A DNA stretch of 64,000 nucleotides from Planktothrix sp. GU0601_MAG3 (GCA_035193785.1 CP136572.1:1248001-1312000), one strand, 5' to 3'. Numbered from the stretch's first letter, positions 1 to 11,429 are shown. The notes: generated by a model from the letters alone, not told the origin. Program-made: numbers and translations.

Positions 1-1585
1 GGTCGGCGCACCATTCGTAAACGTTACCGTGCATATCGTATAAACCAAAGGCGTTGGGGGGAAAACTACCCACAACGGTTGTCTTTCCTCGATAAATCCC
101 TTTTGGCCCGGAGCCATAGGTATAGTTACCGTCATAATTGACTAAATCGGTGGTGATGGTTTCTCCGAAATAAAACGGGGTGGTAGTTGCAGCGCGACAG
201 GCATATTCCCATTCCGCTTCACTGGGTAAACGATAGCTACGTCCGGTAAATTGAGAGAGGCGATCGCAAAATTCTACTGCATCATACCAATTTACCTGTT
301 CAACGGGTAAGTTATCCCCTTTAAAACCGGAGGGGTCGGAATTAAGATCAATCTGACGTTTGGGTAAACCAGCTACCGCCCGCCATTGGGCTTGAGTCAC
401 AGCATATTGACCGATCAAAAAAGAGGCTATATTAACAGTATGCTGCGGCTCTTCATGGTTTAATCGTTCTAGTTCATTGCTAGGGGAACCCATGCGGAAC
501 GTCCCGGCTGGAATTACTGCTAAATCTAATATTATCCCATTGATATTTTCACTCAAGATTTGGGACTGGACTTGCCTACGGTTGGTAATTTTTCCAGTGG
601 AGTTAACGGTTACGGTTTCAAAACTAACGGTTTTTAAAGAGGGTGTCGGTTTAACCGTTAATTGCTGTAATCCTGGTAATTTGAAGGGATTGGGGGAGGG
701 TGTCGGTTTAACAGTTAATTGTAATGCTTCTAAAACTTCTTGTGCAGTTTGAAAACGTTTTTTTGTTCCCTGCTGTAAAAGTTTATCTAAGACTTGACCT
801 AAAGTATTATTGACTGTAACTGTTAAATAATCTCGCCACACCCAATCCCCCTCGCCACTATCAAATAAATCAAAGGGTTCCTTATTAGTGAATAAATGAA
901 TACAAGTTACCCCCAAACTATATAAATCACTGGCAAAGATCGGTTTTCCTAACGCTTGTTCCGGTGCGACATATCCGGCTGAACCAATCACTGTTCCTGT
1001 CACCGCTAACGCCGTTCTAGTCGCTGCTTTAGCTGCTCCAAAATCCACTAAAACTAATTTATTATCGGTCTGTCTCCTAATAATATTTTCTGGTTTAATA
1101 TCTCGATGAATTACTGGTTTTTGATGAACAAATGCTAAAACAGGTAATAAATCCCCCAACAAATTAATAATTTTAGTTTCTGAAAATGCCCCGGTTTCGG
1201 CTAATTCTTGAGCCAAATTTTGCCCTGGAATATATTCTTGAACGAGATATTGACGGCTATCTTGGATAAAATGGGCAAATAATTCAGGAATTTGTTGATG
1301 TTTGCCTAACTGTTCTAACTGTATGGCTTCTTGTTTAAAAAGTTCTCCGGCTTTTTCTTGATTATTCGTGCCTTGAGCTTGGGGTAAAAATTGTTTAATT
1401 ACACAATAGGGTTGGGAAGGTTTATCTTCATCAATGGCTAGAAACGTTCTGCCAAATCCCCCTTGTCCTAATATTTTTAAAGCTCGATATCGTTCCCTTA
1501 ATATTAATTTATAACCGCATTTTTGACAAAAAATTGTGGTTTTAGAATTGAGTTGGAGGCAATCGGGGTTAAGGCATTGACTCAT
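1..1585 (-). CDS. Ser/Thr protein kinase fused to a formylglycine-generating-enzyme (FGE-sulfatase) domain; runs off the left window edge
   Basis: Not in the ORF track; translated manually from ATG 1585: MSQCLNPDC...LGQGGFGRTFLA...VIKQF...HRDIKPENII...DFGAAK...APEQ, then FGE motifs FRMGSP, PVEQVNWYDA, RLPSEAEWEYACRA, NAFGLYDMHGNV. Confidence 0.93.
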   Translation of the reverse strand, partial: MSQCLNPDCLQLNSKTTIFCQKCGYKLILRERYRALKILGQGGFGRTFLAIDEDKPSQPYCVIKQFLPQAQGTNNQEKAGELFKQEAIQLEQLGKHQQIPELFAHFIQDSRQYLVQEYIPGQNLAQELAETGAFSETKIINLLGDLLPVLAFVHQKPVIHRDIKPENIIRRQTDNKLVLVDFGAAKAATRTALAVTGTVIGSAGYVAPEQALGKPIFASDLYSLGVTCIHLFTNKEPFDLFDSGEGDWVWRDYLTVTVNNTLGQVLDKLLQQGTKKRFQTAQEVLEALQLTVKPTPSPNPFKLPGLQQLTVKPTPSLKTVSFETVTVNSTGKITNRRQVQSQILSENINGIILDLAVIPAGTFRMGSPSNELERLNHEEPQHTVNIASFLIGQYAVTQAQWRAVAGLPKRQIDLNSDPSGFKGDNLPVEQVNWYDAVEFCDRLSQFTGRSYRLPSEAEWEYACRAATTTPFYFGETITTDLVNYDGNYTYGSGPKGIYRGKTTVVGSFPPNAFGLYDMHGNVYEWCAD

Positions 1586-1702
1586 GGTTAAGGACTGGGG
1601 TGATGATGGGAGGATGCAATTAATTCAATATTATCACAACTGAATTCTAATATTATTAACTATTATTTGATTGGGATTTTTGCGATCGCTTTTTCCCTCC
1701 TC

Positions 1703-1743
1703 GTAGTGAGTCCTTCAGGACTCAGCCCTAAAGGGCTTACTAC
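1703..1743. repeat. GTAG-type REP-like double-hairpin element
   Basis: GTAGTGAGTCCTTCAGGACTCAGCCCTAAAGGGCTTACTAC: GTAG...CTAC ends enclosing two hairpins (GAGTCC/GGACTC and AGCCCT/AGGGCT). Confidence 0.6.
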
Positions 1744-1991
1744 AATTTATCGGAAACTACAACCTAAACGATACGGTTAGCCACAATACCAAAACCGATG
1801 GGAGTTCCTACAGTAGTAGATGTGAACCACAAAGGGCAACTGTCCAAAGTTGAAGTCAAACCGTCCTAAACAGGTTCGGTAAACACGCCTTCAAGGAATG
1901 GACAAACCGCCCCCAGTATAGAGATAAGCAATCGTATCTTAAAAACTGTATGGAAATTGGACTCGCCTCTGGAGTCCAGAAGTCGAATTAA

Positions 1992-3961
<1,970 letters not shown>

Positions 3962-4012
3962 TTTCGTTGTTGTGCTTTAGCACCATCTTAGTTGTTGTGC
4001 TTCAGCACCATC

Positions 4013-4050
4013 ATTCCTCCCTCCTTAAGTTTGAGTAGGGGGGAATTTTT
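4013..4050 (+). terminator. Probable intrinsic terminator after dnaK
   Basis: Stem ATTCCTCCCT...AGGGGGGAAT followed by a T-run, about 50 nt after the dnaK stop. Confidence 0.6.
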
Positions 4051-4069
4051 ATTATTAAATACAAACCAA

Positions 4070-4570
4070 ATGAAATCTATAAAACCCCAAAATTCTGATC
4101 TTGAAAGAATTATTACTGTCCGCAGAATGCGACGGCTGAGTACCATTTTAGATAATGCAATTAGGGTTCCTGGTACATCAATTGGGTTGGGAATCGACCC
4201 GATTTTAGGGTTAATTCCTGGGGGCGGGGATATATTAGGAGGAGTGTTATCTATTTATATTGTATTTGAGGCATTTAAGTTGGGTTTACCCCGGGAAACT
4301 TTAATTACAATGGTATCCAATATTGCCCTAGAAACTATTACCGGAACTGTCCCCGTATTTGGAGATATTTTTGATGTTGCTTGGAAAGCCAATGTTAAAA
4401 ACGTTGAACTATTAGAAACTTACGTTAATTCCCCTGAAGTGGGGGAAAAAGCCGATCCTTGGTTTATTGTTTTATTATTGGGGGGATTGTTATTATTAAT
4501 TATATTAATTTCTATTGTTGGTATTGCCGTTTTAGCATTTATTTTTCAGAGATTGAGTGCTATGTTTTAA
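4070..4570 (+). CDS. DUF4112-family membrane protein
   Basis: LDNAIRVPGT.IG.GIDPILGLIPGGGD and PVFGDIFDVAWKANVKNV motifs plus a C-terminal TM segment. ATG 4070 preferred over TTG 3992. Confidence 0.85.
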   Translation: MKSIKPQNSDLERIITVRRMRRLSTILDNAIRVPGTSIGLGIDPILGLIPGGGDILGGVLSIYIVFEAFKLGLPRETLITMVSNIALETITGTVPVFGDIFDVAWKANVKNVELLETYVNSPEVGEKADPWFIVLLLGGLLLLIILISIVGIAVLAFIFQRLSAMF

Positions 4571-4574
4571 TAGA

Positions 4575-4713
4575 TAGGAATAGGGAACAGGGAATAGGGA
4601 ACAGGGAACAGGGAACAGGGAATAGGGAATAGGGAATAGGGAATAGGGAATAGGGAACAGGGAATAGGGAATAGGGAATAGGGAATAGGGAATAGGGAAT
4701 AGGGAATAGGGAA
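4575..4713 (+). repeat. STRR heptamer array (GGGAATA/GGGAACA)n
   Basis: About 19 tandem heptamers directly visible. Confidence 0.95.
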
Positions 4714-5038
4714 GGGTATCGCGGATTGCTAGAGAATAATCCACAAAACAATTAAAATGTTAGAAATTCCACCGAAATCATCTTTATTATCGGATCAGTT
4801 ATCAGAAAAATGGGTTTAAAACCCAGTCCTAGAAGGAAGGCTTTATATTGGGTTTTCAGTTCAAATCTAATTGTGCTAACATTTCGGGTAACAGGAAAGG
4901 TATAATGGGCCAAGGGTAGGTTTTGACCTACAGCAAAGCAAACCCGAAAAACTAATGGTAAGGAATCCCCATCCAAACCCTTAGAAATTGTAGAGTAATC
5001 TGTATATTTAACAGTTAAAACTGAAATTTGTTATTAGC

Positions 5039-6041
5039 ATGACATCTGAACAGATCCGCCAACGCTCCGAAATTCTCGGCACTCAAGTTATCACCCGTGA
5101 CAGAGGTAGACGACTTGGAATCGTCAGCCAATTATGGGTAGACATAGATCAGCGTGAAATTGTAGCGATCGGAATCCGTAATAATATTCTAGCGATCGCT
5201 GGAATGCCAAAATTTATGTACCTGAGTAGTGTCCGCGAAATCGGGGACGTAATTTTGGTGGACGATGATACCGTCCTGGAAGAAGACGTGGATGTAGAAA
5301 GCTACAGTACCCTGATCAACAGTGAAGTGATCACCGAAACCGGGGAACCCCTGGGAAGGGTGCGAGGCTTCAAATTTGATACCCGGGATGGCAAACTAGA
5401 ATCTTTAATTATCGCCTCCATTGGTCTACCTCAAATTCCCGAACAGGTGATCAGCACCTACGAATTATCCATTGAGGAAATTGTCAGTAGTGGGCCGAAT
5501 CGATTAATTGTCTTTGAAGGATCGGAAGATCGACTCCAACAGTTGTCCGTCGGTCTGTTGGAACGTTTAGGTTTAGGAGAAGCACCTTGGGAAAAAGAAG
5601 ATGAGGGAATGTATTATCCCCCAACGGTTAAACCTGCTAACCAGTTAGGAAACCGGACTACCCCAAACCATGCCACAACGGGCGGGTCGCGCCCCGGCGG
5701 TGGCCCAGGAAGAATCTTGGGATGAAAATGACGCCTGGGAAGAACATCCCGCCCCGGTTCAGCCCTTACGTCAACCCCAACCGATTTATAATGACTATGA
5801 AGAAGAAGATAATTGGGGCGATGTAGAACGGGATGAGGATGATCGCTATCGGGAACGGGAATTAGTACCCATTGAACCCACCCCGCGTAAAGAACAAAAG
5901 CTCTATGCCAGAGAATTAAAATATGAATATGAAGATGAGGTAGATTCCGATGCTTGGGATGAGGGCGAAAATCCCAAACCCTATCAACCTCCCCGGATTA
6001 ATATTCCAGAGAAAACAAAAATGCCCGAATACGAGGAATAG
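5039..6041 (+). CDS. PRC-barrel domain protein with acidic C-terminal tail (one indel ~5650)
   Basis: Two PRC-barrel-like repeats (GTQVITRDRGRRLG; NSEVITETGEPLGRVRGF). ORFs 5039-5725 and 5670-6041 join. Confidence 0.85.
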
Positions 6042-6158
6042 AAAATATCCAACCCAACCCCATAAAAACACCACCCCCGGCTAAATACTGGGGGTTAATT
6101 TTATTGTCTGTTTTACCCCGGTTTTCACAGGCGCGACTACCAAGCTATGAGGGTTTTT

Positions 6159-6172
6159 GTATTTCAGCATAC
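6159..6172 (+). promoter_or_regulatory. NtcA binding site upstream of amt
   Basis: tGTA-TTTCAGCA-TACa is an exact GTA-N8-TAC, about 80 nt upstream of the amt ATG. amt genes are established NtcA targets. Confidence 0.8.
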
Positions 6173-6252
6173 AGAATCATTGTTGGAACCAATGGGCAAA
6201 ATACAGTTTCACTCTCGGGATACTTTGTATTTATAGGGAAAAAATAGTAGCG

Positions 6253-7660
6253 ATGCTCAAAAAACTAGGAATTATTGGATTAATTGCATTGGCTCTGTTA
6301 GCTGGCCCTCTGACGAGAACAGCTTGGGCACAAGCGGCCGTAGAAAATCCGATTAACACCGGAGATACGGCTTTTATGTTGATTTCGGCTGCCTTAGTGC
6401 TGTTTATGACCCCCGGTTTAGCCTTCTTTTACGGGGGCTTAGTGCGCTCTAGGAACATCCTTAATACCATGATGATGAGTTTCATCTTAATGGGCATTGT
6501 CGGCGTTACCTGGGTATTCTGGGGATATAGCCTCGCCTTTGATGTGTCAACTCCCATCTCGGAAGGCTTTGGCAAAGGCCTGGAACAGTTCATTGGCGGA
6601 TTTGATTGGCTATTTTTAAATAAAGTTACAGCCGATGCCCCTGACCCGATTGGCTATGCGGCCACCATTCCTCACCAATTATTTATGGTCTATCAGATGA
6701 TGTTTGCCATCATCACCCCGGCTTTAATTTCCGGGGCAATTGTGGAACGCATCACCTTCAAGGCCTATTTTTGGTTTGTCCTACTCTGGTCTACATTTAT
6801 TTACTCTCCCTTAGCCCATTGGGTTTGGGGTCGGGGTTGGTTACAAGCCATTGGTTCCCTAGACTTTGCCGGGGGAACCGTGGTTCATATTAGTTTCCGG
6901 GGTGTCGGCGGTGGTTATCGTGTGGATGATTGGCTCACGGAAAAATTTTATGGTGGTTCCCCATGCTCCCCATAATGTTCCTTTCGTCCTATTAGGAATT
7001 GGGATGTTATGGTTTGGCTGGTTTGGCTTCAATGCTGGTAGTGCTTTAAGTGTAGGTTCTTTAGCCACCGTTGCCTTTGTCAGCACCATGGTTTCAGCAT
7101 CGGCTGGAGGATTGACCTGGGCGATTGTGGAATGGTACTTACGCGGTAAACCAACGGCCGTTGGGATTGCTAGTGGTTTCCTAGCCGGGTTAGTGGGAAT
7201 CACTCCCGCAGCAGGATTTGTTACCCCGGTTGGTGCAATTTTAATTGGTTCTATCACAGCCGTTTGCTGTTTCTATGCCGTCAGTTGGCGGGTGAAATTA
7301 GAATTTGATGATTCTTTAGATACCTATTCCGTTCATGGTGTGGGTGGAACTATTGGGGCTATTTTAACCGGAATTTTTGCGACAAAAAGTGTCAATCCGG
7401 CTGGATTTGATGGACTTTTATATGGCAATCCAGGACAATTAATTCCTCAAATTGTTGGGGTAGTTGCTACCTACATTTTTGCCGGGGCGGGAACTTTTGT
7501 GATCATCAAAATTCTCGGTTCCTTGATGGAATTGCGAGTTAAACCGATGGTCGAAGAACAAGGTTTGGATATTGACCAACATGGAGAGGAAGCTTATGGC
7601 GAAGATTTTGCTTCCGGTTTAAGTTTTTCAACTGGAAGTTTTTCTGGAAAAGAAAGGTAA
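6253..7660 (+). CDS. amt: Ammonium transporter (one indel ~6895)
   Basis: FMTPGLAFFYGGLVR, QMMFAIITPALISGA, DFAGGTVVH, LWFGWFGFNAGS, DDSLD...VHGVGG. Confidence 0.96.
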
Positions 7661-7831
7661 CTTTAGGGATTTAGGGGTTTCATTCGGAAAATGGAACCCC
7701 TATAAATCTCATTTTTATTTTAATTATCTTTAGCAAGGCTGAAATCGCTGTATGCCATTTTATATCTCTATTGAGTTTTAATGTTTGGTGCTATGATCAT
7801 GGTTAGCTCTCATTTAGCTATATCTTTAAAA

Positions 7832-9223
7832 CTATTCGCTAACCATTTTAACATATTTTTTTAATATCGGTTGAATGGTGAAAACGGTTTCATTTTCATA
7901 GCTGAATTTTTCGATCATTCCCCGTCTTACTAAAGATTGAATTGCTTTAAATAATTCGCCTTGGGAGTCTTGACATTTTGCAATTAATTGGGTAATTGAA
8001 ACGGGTTTACTTTCGTTACTGAGTTGCGCGATCGCGTGTTTCTCACACTCCGATAACCTCTGATAATGCCGCTGTAATATCGGTGTCAATTCATCGCTTA
8101 ACAATACTGCTTGATAACTTAAATATTGAGATACTCTACCGCTAAATAAGTTATTAATGGTTTGAGCGACTAATTTTAACCAGAGGGGATTACCTTGATA
8201 AAGGTTAATCAATTCTGGCCAGTAATCTTCATCTAATAAACCTTTTTCTCTAAGAATTTCTGTTGCAGCTTCACCTAGGCCAGTTAATTGTAATAAACAT
8301 ACTGCTAAATTATCATCTGTGAATGTTATAATATCTAAAGGTGGTTCCCAACTATTGAGGATTAAACAACTATGATGAGGAATTTCGCCGATAAGTTTAA
8401 ATAGGGTTCCATAATTTTCGTATCCGGGTTTATAATTGCCTGCAAGTTGGCCGCTGTTGAGGATTTGTTGCACGTCATCTAGGATAATGAGACAGCGATG
8501 GGTGCGTAAAGATTCTATGAGTATTTCTAGTTGGGTATCAATATTTTCTGGTAAGGTAATTTCGGGTTGATTTGAGAGAAATTGAATCAGGTTTTTGAGG
8601 GTTGTTTCTAGGGGTAGGGAAGTGCGAAGACTGCGCCAAATAAGGCGATCGAATTGAGTTTGAAGTTGGGGGATGAGGTGACGTGCGATCGCGCTTTTGC
8701 CGATGCCACTCATACCTGTGATGGTGAGGAGGCGACAGTTTTGGTGTGCGATCGCATTTTCGAGGGTGCTGAGGGGTGAATTGGGGTAGTTGTAGAAGGT
8801 TTTGAGATCTGGTGCGTCTCTTAAATCGAGTTTTTGTTGGGTATTATTTTCATTTGAGGTTTGTGTTGGGGGTGAGTTTTGTGGAGGTTTGGGACGGTGT
8901 GGGGTTTCTGTGCAGAAGTTATTGATATTGCCTTTGGTTTGTATTACGAAATTAGAGGATTGAGAAATTTGATATCTTTCTATTGCAGAATGAAAAGTAG
9001 ATTTACTAACCTTTTCACCTAACTTTTTTTTAATGAGTTGCCATAATTTTGAAGCGACATTAGCAACGTGATGTTCAGTACAGTGATATTCTTTAGCAAT
9101 TTCGGAGTATCTTTTTCCTTGATAACTTGCGAGTAATACTGCTTGTTGCAGGTTGTCTAAGTGTTTGCCAGTTTTAGCTAAAACTAGGTCGTCAGCAAAT
9201 TTTAAGATTTCTTTAACGTCCAT
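7832..9223 (-). CDS. N-terminal wHTH + NB-ARC/STAND-type ATPase, no C-terminal WD40/TPR repeats
   Basis: N-terminal HTH-like region (YSEIAKEYHCTEHHVANVASKLW), Walker A GMSGIGKS, Walker B LIILDDV, GNPLWLK (GxP). Ends right after the winged-helix region (463 aa). Confidence 0.85.
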   Translation of the reverse strand: MDVKEILKFADDLVLAKTGKHLDNLQQAVLLASYQGKRYSEIAKEYHCTEHHVANVASKLWQLIKKKLGEKVSKSTFHSAIERYQISQSSNFVIQTKGNINNFCTETPHRPKPPQNSPPTQTSNENNTQQKLDLRDAPDLKTFYNYPNSPLSTLENAIAHQNCRLLTITGMSGIGKSAIARHLIPQLQTQFDRLIWRSLRTSLPLETTLKNLIQFLSNQPEITLPENIDTQLEILIESLRTHRCLIILDDVQQILNSGQLAGNYKPGYENYGTLFKLIGEIPHHSCLILNSWEPPLDIITFTDDNLAVCLLQLTGLGEAATEILREKGLLDEDYWPELINLYQGNPLWLKLVAQTINNLFSGRVSQYLSYQAVLLSDELTPILQRHYQRLSECEKHAIAQLSNESKPVSITQLIAKCQDSQGELFKAIQSLVRRGMIEKFSYENETVFTIQPILKKYVKMVSE

Positions 9224-9249
9224 AGTCAGGTAGGTGTAGATGATATGGC

Positions 9250-9372
9250 TATGATATCAGATTTTTATGATGTTTTATGATGTTTGTGATAAAAAGTAAT
9301 TTGTTTTGATTAAAGTCCTGATAAAATCTGATGTTTGCTACTTGACAGAACTAATTTTCACTATGTTAATAT
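9250..9372 (+). promoter_or_regulatory. Divergent promoter region: TGAT-containing direct repeats, -35 TTGACA (9342-9347), extended -10 TGnTAATAT (9364-9372)
   Basis: TTTTATGATG-TTTTATGATG-TTTGTGATA and further TGAT units (TTTGAT, CCTGAT, TCTGATG) lie immediately upstream of a perfect TTGACA. Confidence 0.55.
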
Positions 9373-9407
9373 GTTGAAAATACAGTTTAAATTTTAAATT
9401 CAATCAA

Positions 9408-9956
9408 GTGGATACCTTAACATTCATTCTTAATATAGCTTGTTCAGTGCTGTCGGGCATAATAGTTAATCTAGTAAAGGATAACACAGATCAGGGAAAA
9501 GTAGCACTAAAAGCTGATATAGAGCTAGAAGTCGTTCGTCAAGTACGTGAAGAATTTAAGAGAATTGAAAGACAACCTCTCGAACAAGAAATTAAAGAAA
9601 TTACCGCTAAGATTCTTGAAGAAATCAATAACTTAGCCAATAAAGACCCTGATTTAAAATTTTCACATGATAAAATAGAACTCAAAAAACCAGTGGGAAA
9701 GCCAATTTTGCCCTTCTCAGACAGAGGTGTTGATCAAGAAGTTGAAATTCGCCTGGAACGGTTAAAAGAAATCATAGCCCAAAGGCGTAAAGAATTAGAT
9801 TTGCCTCCAGAATCTAAAGAGGAAAATTTAAAAGATAATCTTTCTGGTTGGGAACCAGTTAAACAAGAAACTGAAACTCATTGGCAAAAGAGGATTAACG
9901 ATTCAGTTCGCAAGATCCAAATTATTCACTCAGGCGGTGAGGTTATAGATGAATAA
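9408..9956 (+). CDS. Hypothetical protein: N-terminal hydrophobic helix followed by charged coiled-coil
   Basis: 182-aa ORF with GTG start. Residues 4-23 are hydrophobic (LTFILNIACSVLSGIIVNLV). Its stop overlaps the start of the next gene. Confidence 0.75.
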   Translation: MDTLTFILNIACSVLSGIIVNLVKDNTDQGKVALKADIELEVVRQVREEFKRIERQPLEQEIKEITAKILEEINNLANKDPDLKFSHDKIELKKPVGKPILPFSDRGVDQEVEIRLERLKEIIAQRRKELDLPPESKEENLKDNLSGWEPVKQETETHWQKRINDSVRKIQIIHSGGEVIDE

Positions 9957-10797
9957 AACAACTTATATTCCTGAACGCTTTAGGCGTGTATTAGAGCTTC
10001 ATATTGTCAAAAATTTAATGACAAATATTACAGGTCGCCTTCCATTGCTGTTGGGAATTCATGGAGCATCAGGAGATGGCAAAACCTTCCAGTGTGAACA
10101 AATTCTAAGCGAAATTGGTGTTAAGGCATTCTTGATATCTGGTGGACAGTTAGAAAGTCCAGATTCTGGAAAGCCTGCTCAACTTGTTAGAGACACTTAT
10201 CTCGAAGCGAGTGATTGCATCGAAAAGGGTAAGTCCAGAGCAGCAGTAATGCTGATAAATGACATAGATACAGGATTAGGTAATTGGGGAAATTTGGTTC
10301 AATACACCGTAAATACACAAACAGTTTTTGGTGAATTGATGCACCTTGTCGATTACCCAAATTTAGTAGAGGGAATACCTACCCGACGCATTCCTATTAT
10401 CATAACTGGCAATGATTTCACTAAGTTATATGAACCGCTCGTTCGTGCAGGTAGAATGACGGCATTTGAGTGGAAGCCTACTTTAGAAGAAAAAGCAAAA
10501 ATAGTCGAGGGCATTTTTTCAGAGATTAGCCCCCAAGAATGCGAAGCCATTGTCAGGGAATTTGAATCTCAACCTGTTGCTTTCTTTTGCCATCTCAGAG
10601 CTAGCCTTATAGATGAGGATCTATGGAAACTAATTCAAATCGCAGGTGGTACGAGAAAAGCTATAGAAATGATTAGTGCTCCTTATAATCCTAGGCAGCC
10701 AGTTTTACATCCAACTATTCGTTTTGAGCAGATAGTACAAGCTGGTAGAGATATTTTTAAGTCGGGTCAATTAATCAATCATTTGAGGTCAAGCTAA
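9949..10797 (+). CDS. Divergent Rubisco-activase (Rca/ALC)-family AAA+ ATPase, no RbcS-like domain
   Basis: Y(I)PERF...HIVKN, LLLGIHGASGDGKTFQCE, ISGGQLESPDSGKP, MLINDIDTG, QYTVNTQ, RIPIIITGNDF..LYEPLVRAGRM are all characteristic activase-family blocks. The protein is 282 aa only. Confidence 0.9.
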   Translation: MNKTTYIPERFRRVLELHIVKNLMTNITGRLPLLLGIHGASGDGKTFQCEQILSEIGVKAFLISGGQLESPDSGKPAQLVRDTYLEASDCIEKGKSRAAVMLINDIDTGLGNWGNLVQYTVNTQTVFGELMHLVDYPNLVEGIPTRRIPIIITGNDFTKLYEPLVRAGRMTAFEWKPTLEEKAKIVEGIFSEISPQECEAIVREFESQPVAFFCHLRASLIDEDLWKLIQIAGGTRKAIEMISAPYNPRQPVLHPTIRFEQIVQAGRDIFKSGQLINHLRSS

Positions 10798-10799
10798 AA

Positions 10800-11345
10800 A
10801 TGGCTAAAACAGTTACCTATTCAAAAACAACAACTTGGACTAGAATTGAAGCCATAAAAATACAGGTCAATATCGCACTGCGTCACACAACAGACCTTTC
10901 TATAGATTTAATAGAAGAATCTATTTTAAAAGGAATTGAAAATAAGTGGATTAGTAAAGTCCATGTTTATGCGTTAGACAGTGAAAATCTTTGCAGAGCA
11001 CAGTTAAGTATGGAAATTGACTGGGATAAGCATGACGTGCAGATAGCTAACGGCAAAACCACAGTTGTCATAACTGAAGATGGGCGAACTTGGATAGATA
11101 ATACAGCTATTGAGTTAAGCGAGGCTATTTCACTATTTAAGGATTATGTAACTCAACATTCGCTTCAAACTAAATGTCACACATCCTATGCACCCCGAGT
11201 CAATCGCGAAGATGCTAACCTTACTCTTAGAATGGTTAATGCTGAACCGATCAAATGGAAGGATAAAGCAAATCAATTATTTGATTTTGATCTATTAGCA
11301 ATTAAAGAACTTCGTGTTGGTTTTTATTGTGTAGATGAATCGTAA
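10800..11345 (+). CDS. Putative bacterial HORMA-domain-like protein
   Basis: 181 aa with a Thr/Ser-rich N-tail (MAKTVTYSKTTTWT) and a helix-helix-beta-hairpin pattern (ILKGIENKWISKVHVYALD...RAQLSMEIDWD) resembling CBASS HORMA proteins as I recall them. Starts 2 nt after the AAA+ stop. The fold is inferred, not computed. Confidence 0.6.
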   Translation: MAKTVTYSKTTTWTRIEAIKIQVNIALRHTTDLSIDLIEESILKGIENKWISKVHVYALDSENLCRAQLSMEIDWDKHDVQIANGKTTVVITEDGRTWIDNTAIELSEAISLFKDYVTQHSLQTKCHTSYAPRVNREDANLTLRMVNAEPIKWKDKANQLFDFDLLAIKELRVGFYCVDES

Positions 11346-11429
11346 GGAATCATACCTTTCACATATCCCAAAGAGTGATCGCCCTTCCTTGAGTAAACGT
11401 GCGATCGCTCTTTAATAAGTGACTACTGA

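Noticed and set aside
477..752. Plus-strand 91-aa ORF and other short ORFs antisense to or nested in long genes
   Set aside because: Shadow ORFs opposite or inside well-supported genes, with no motifs.
1874..1889. K-box-like element upstream of dnaK
   Set aside because: Only the GTTCGG half matches and the second half deviates. No CIRCE is visible either.
4532..4976. Short minus-strand ORFs (YSLFPIP repeats), and similar ORFs at 14525, 29009, 29203 and 41491
   Set aside because: They are translations of STRR arrays.
9949..10797. Assigning the gene symbol rca/alc
   Set aside because: Divergent sequence, no RbcS-like domain and a non-carbon-fixation context; orthology is not supported.
9408..11345. 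Canonical type III CBASS operon
   Set aside because: No CD-NTase and no Cap effector, and the ATPase has activase-family rather than TRIP13-family motifs.
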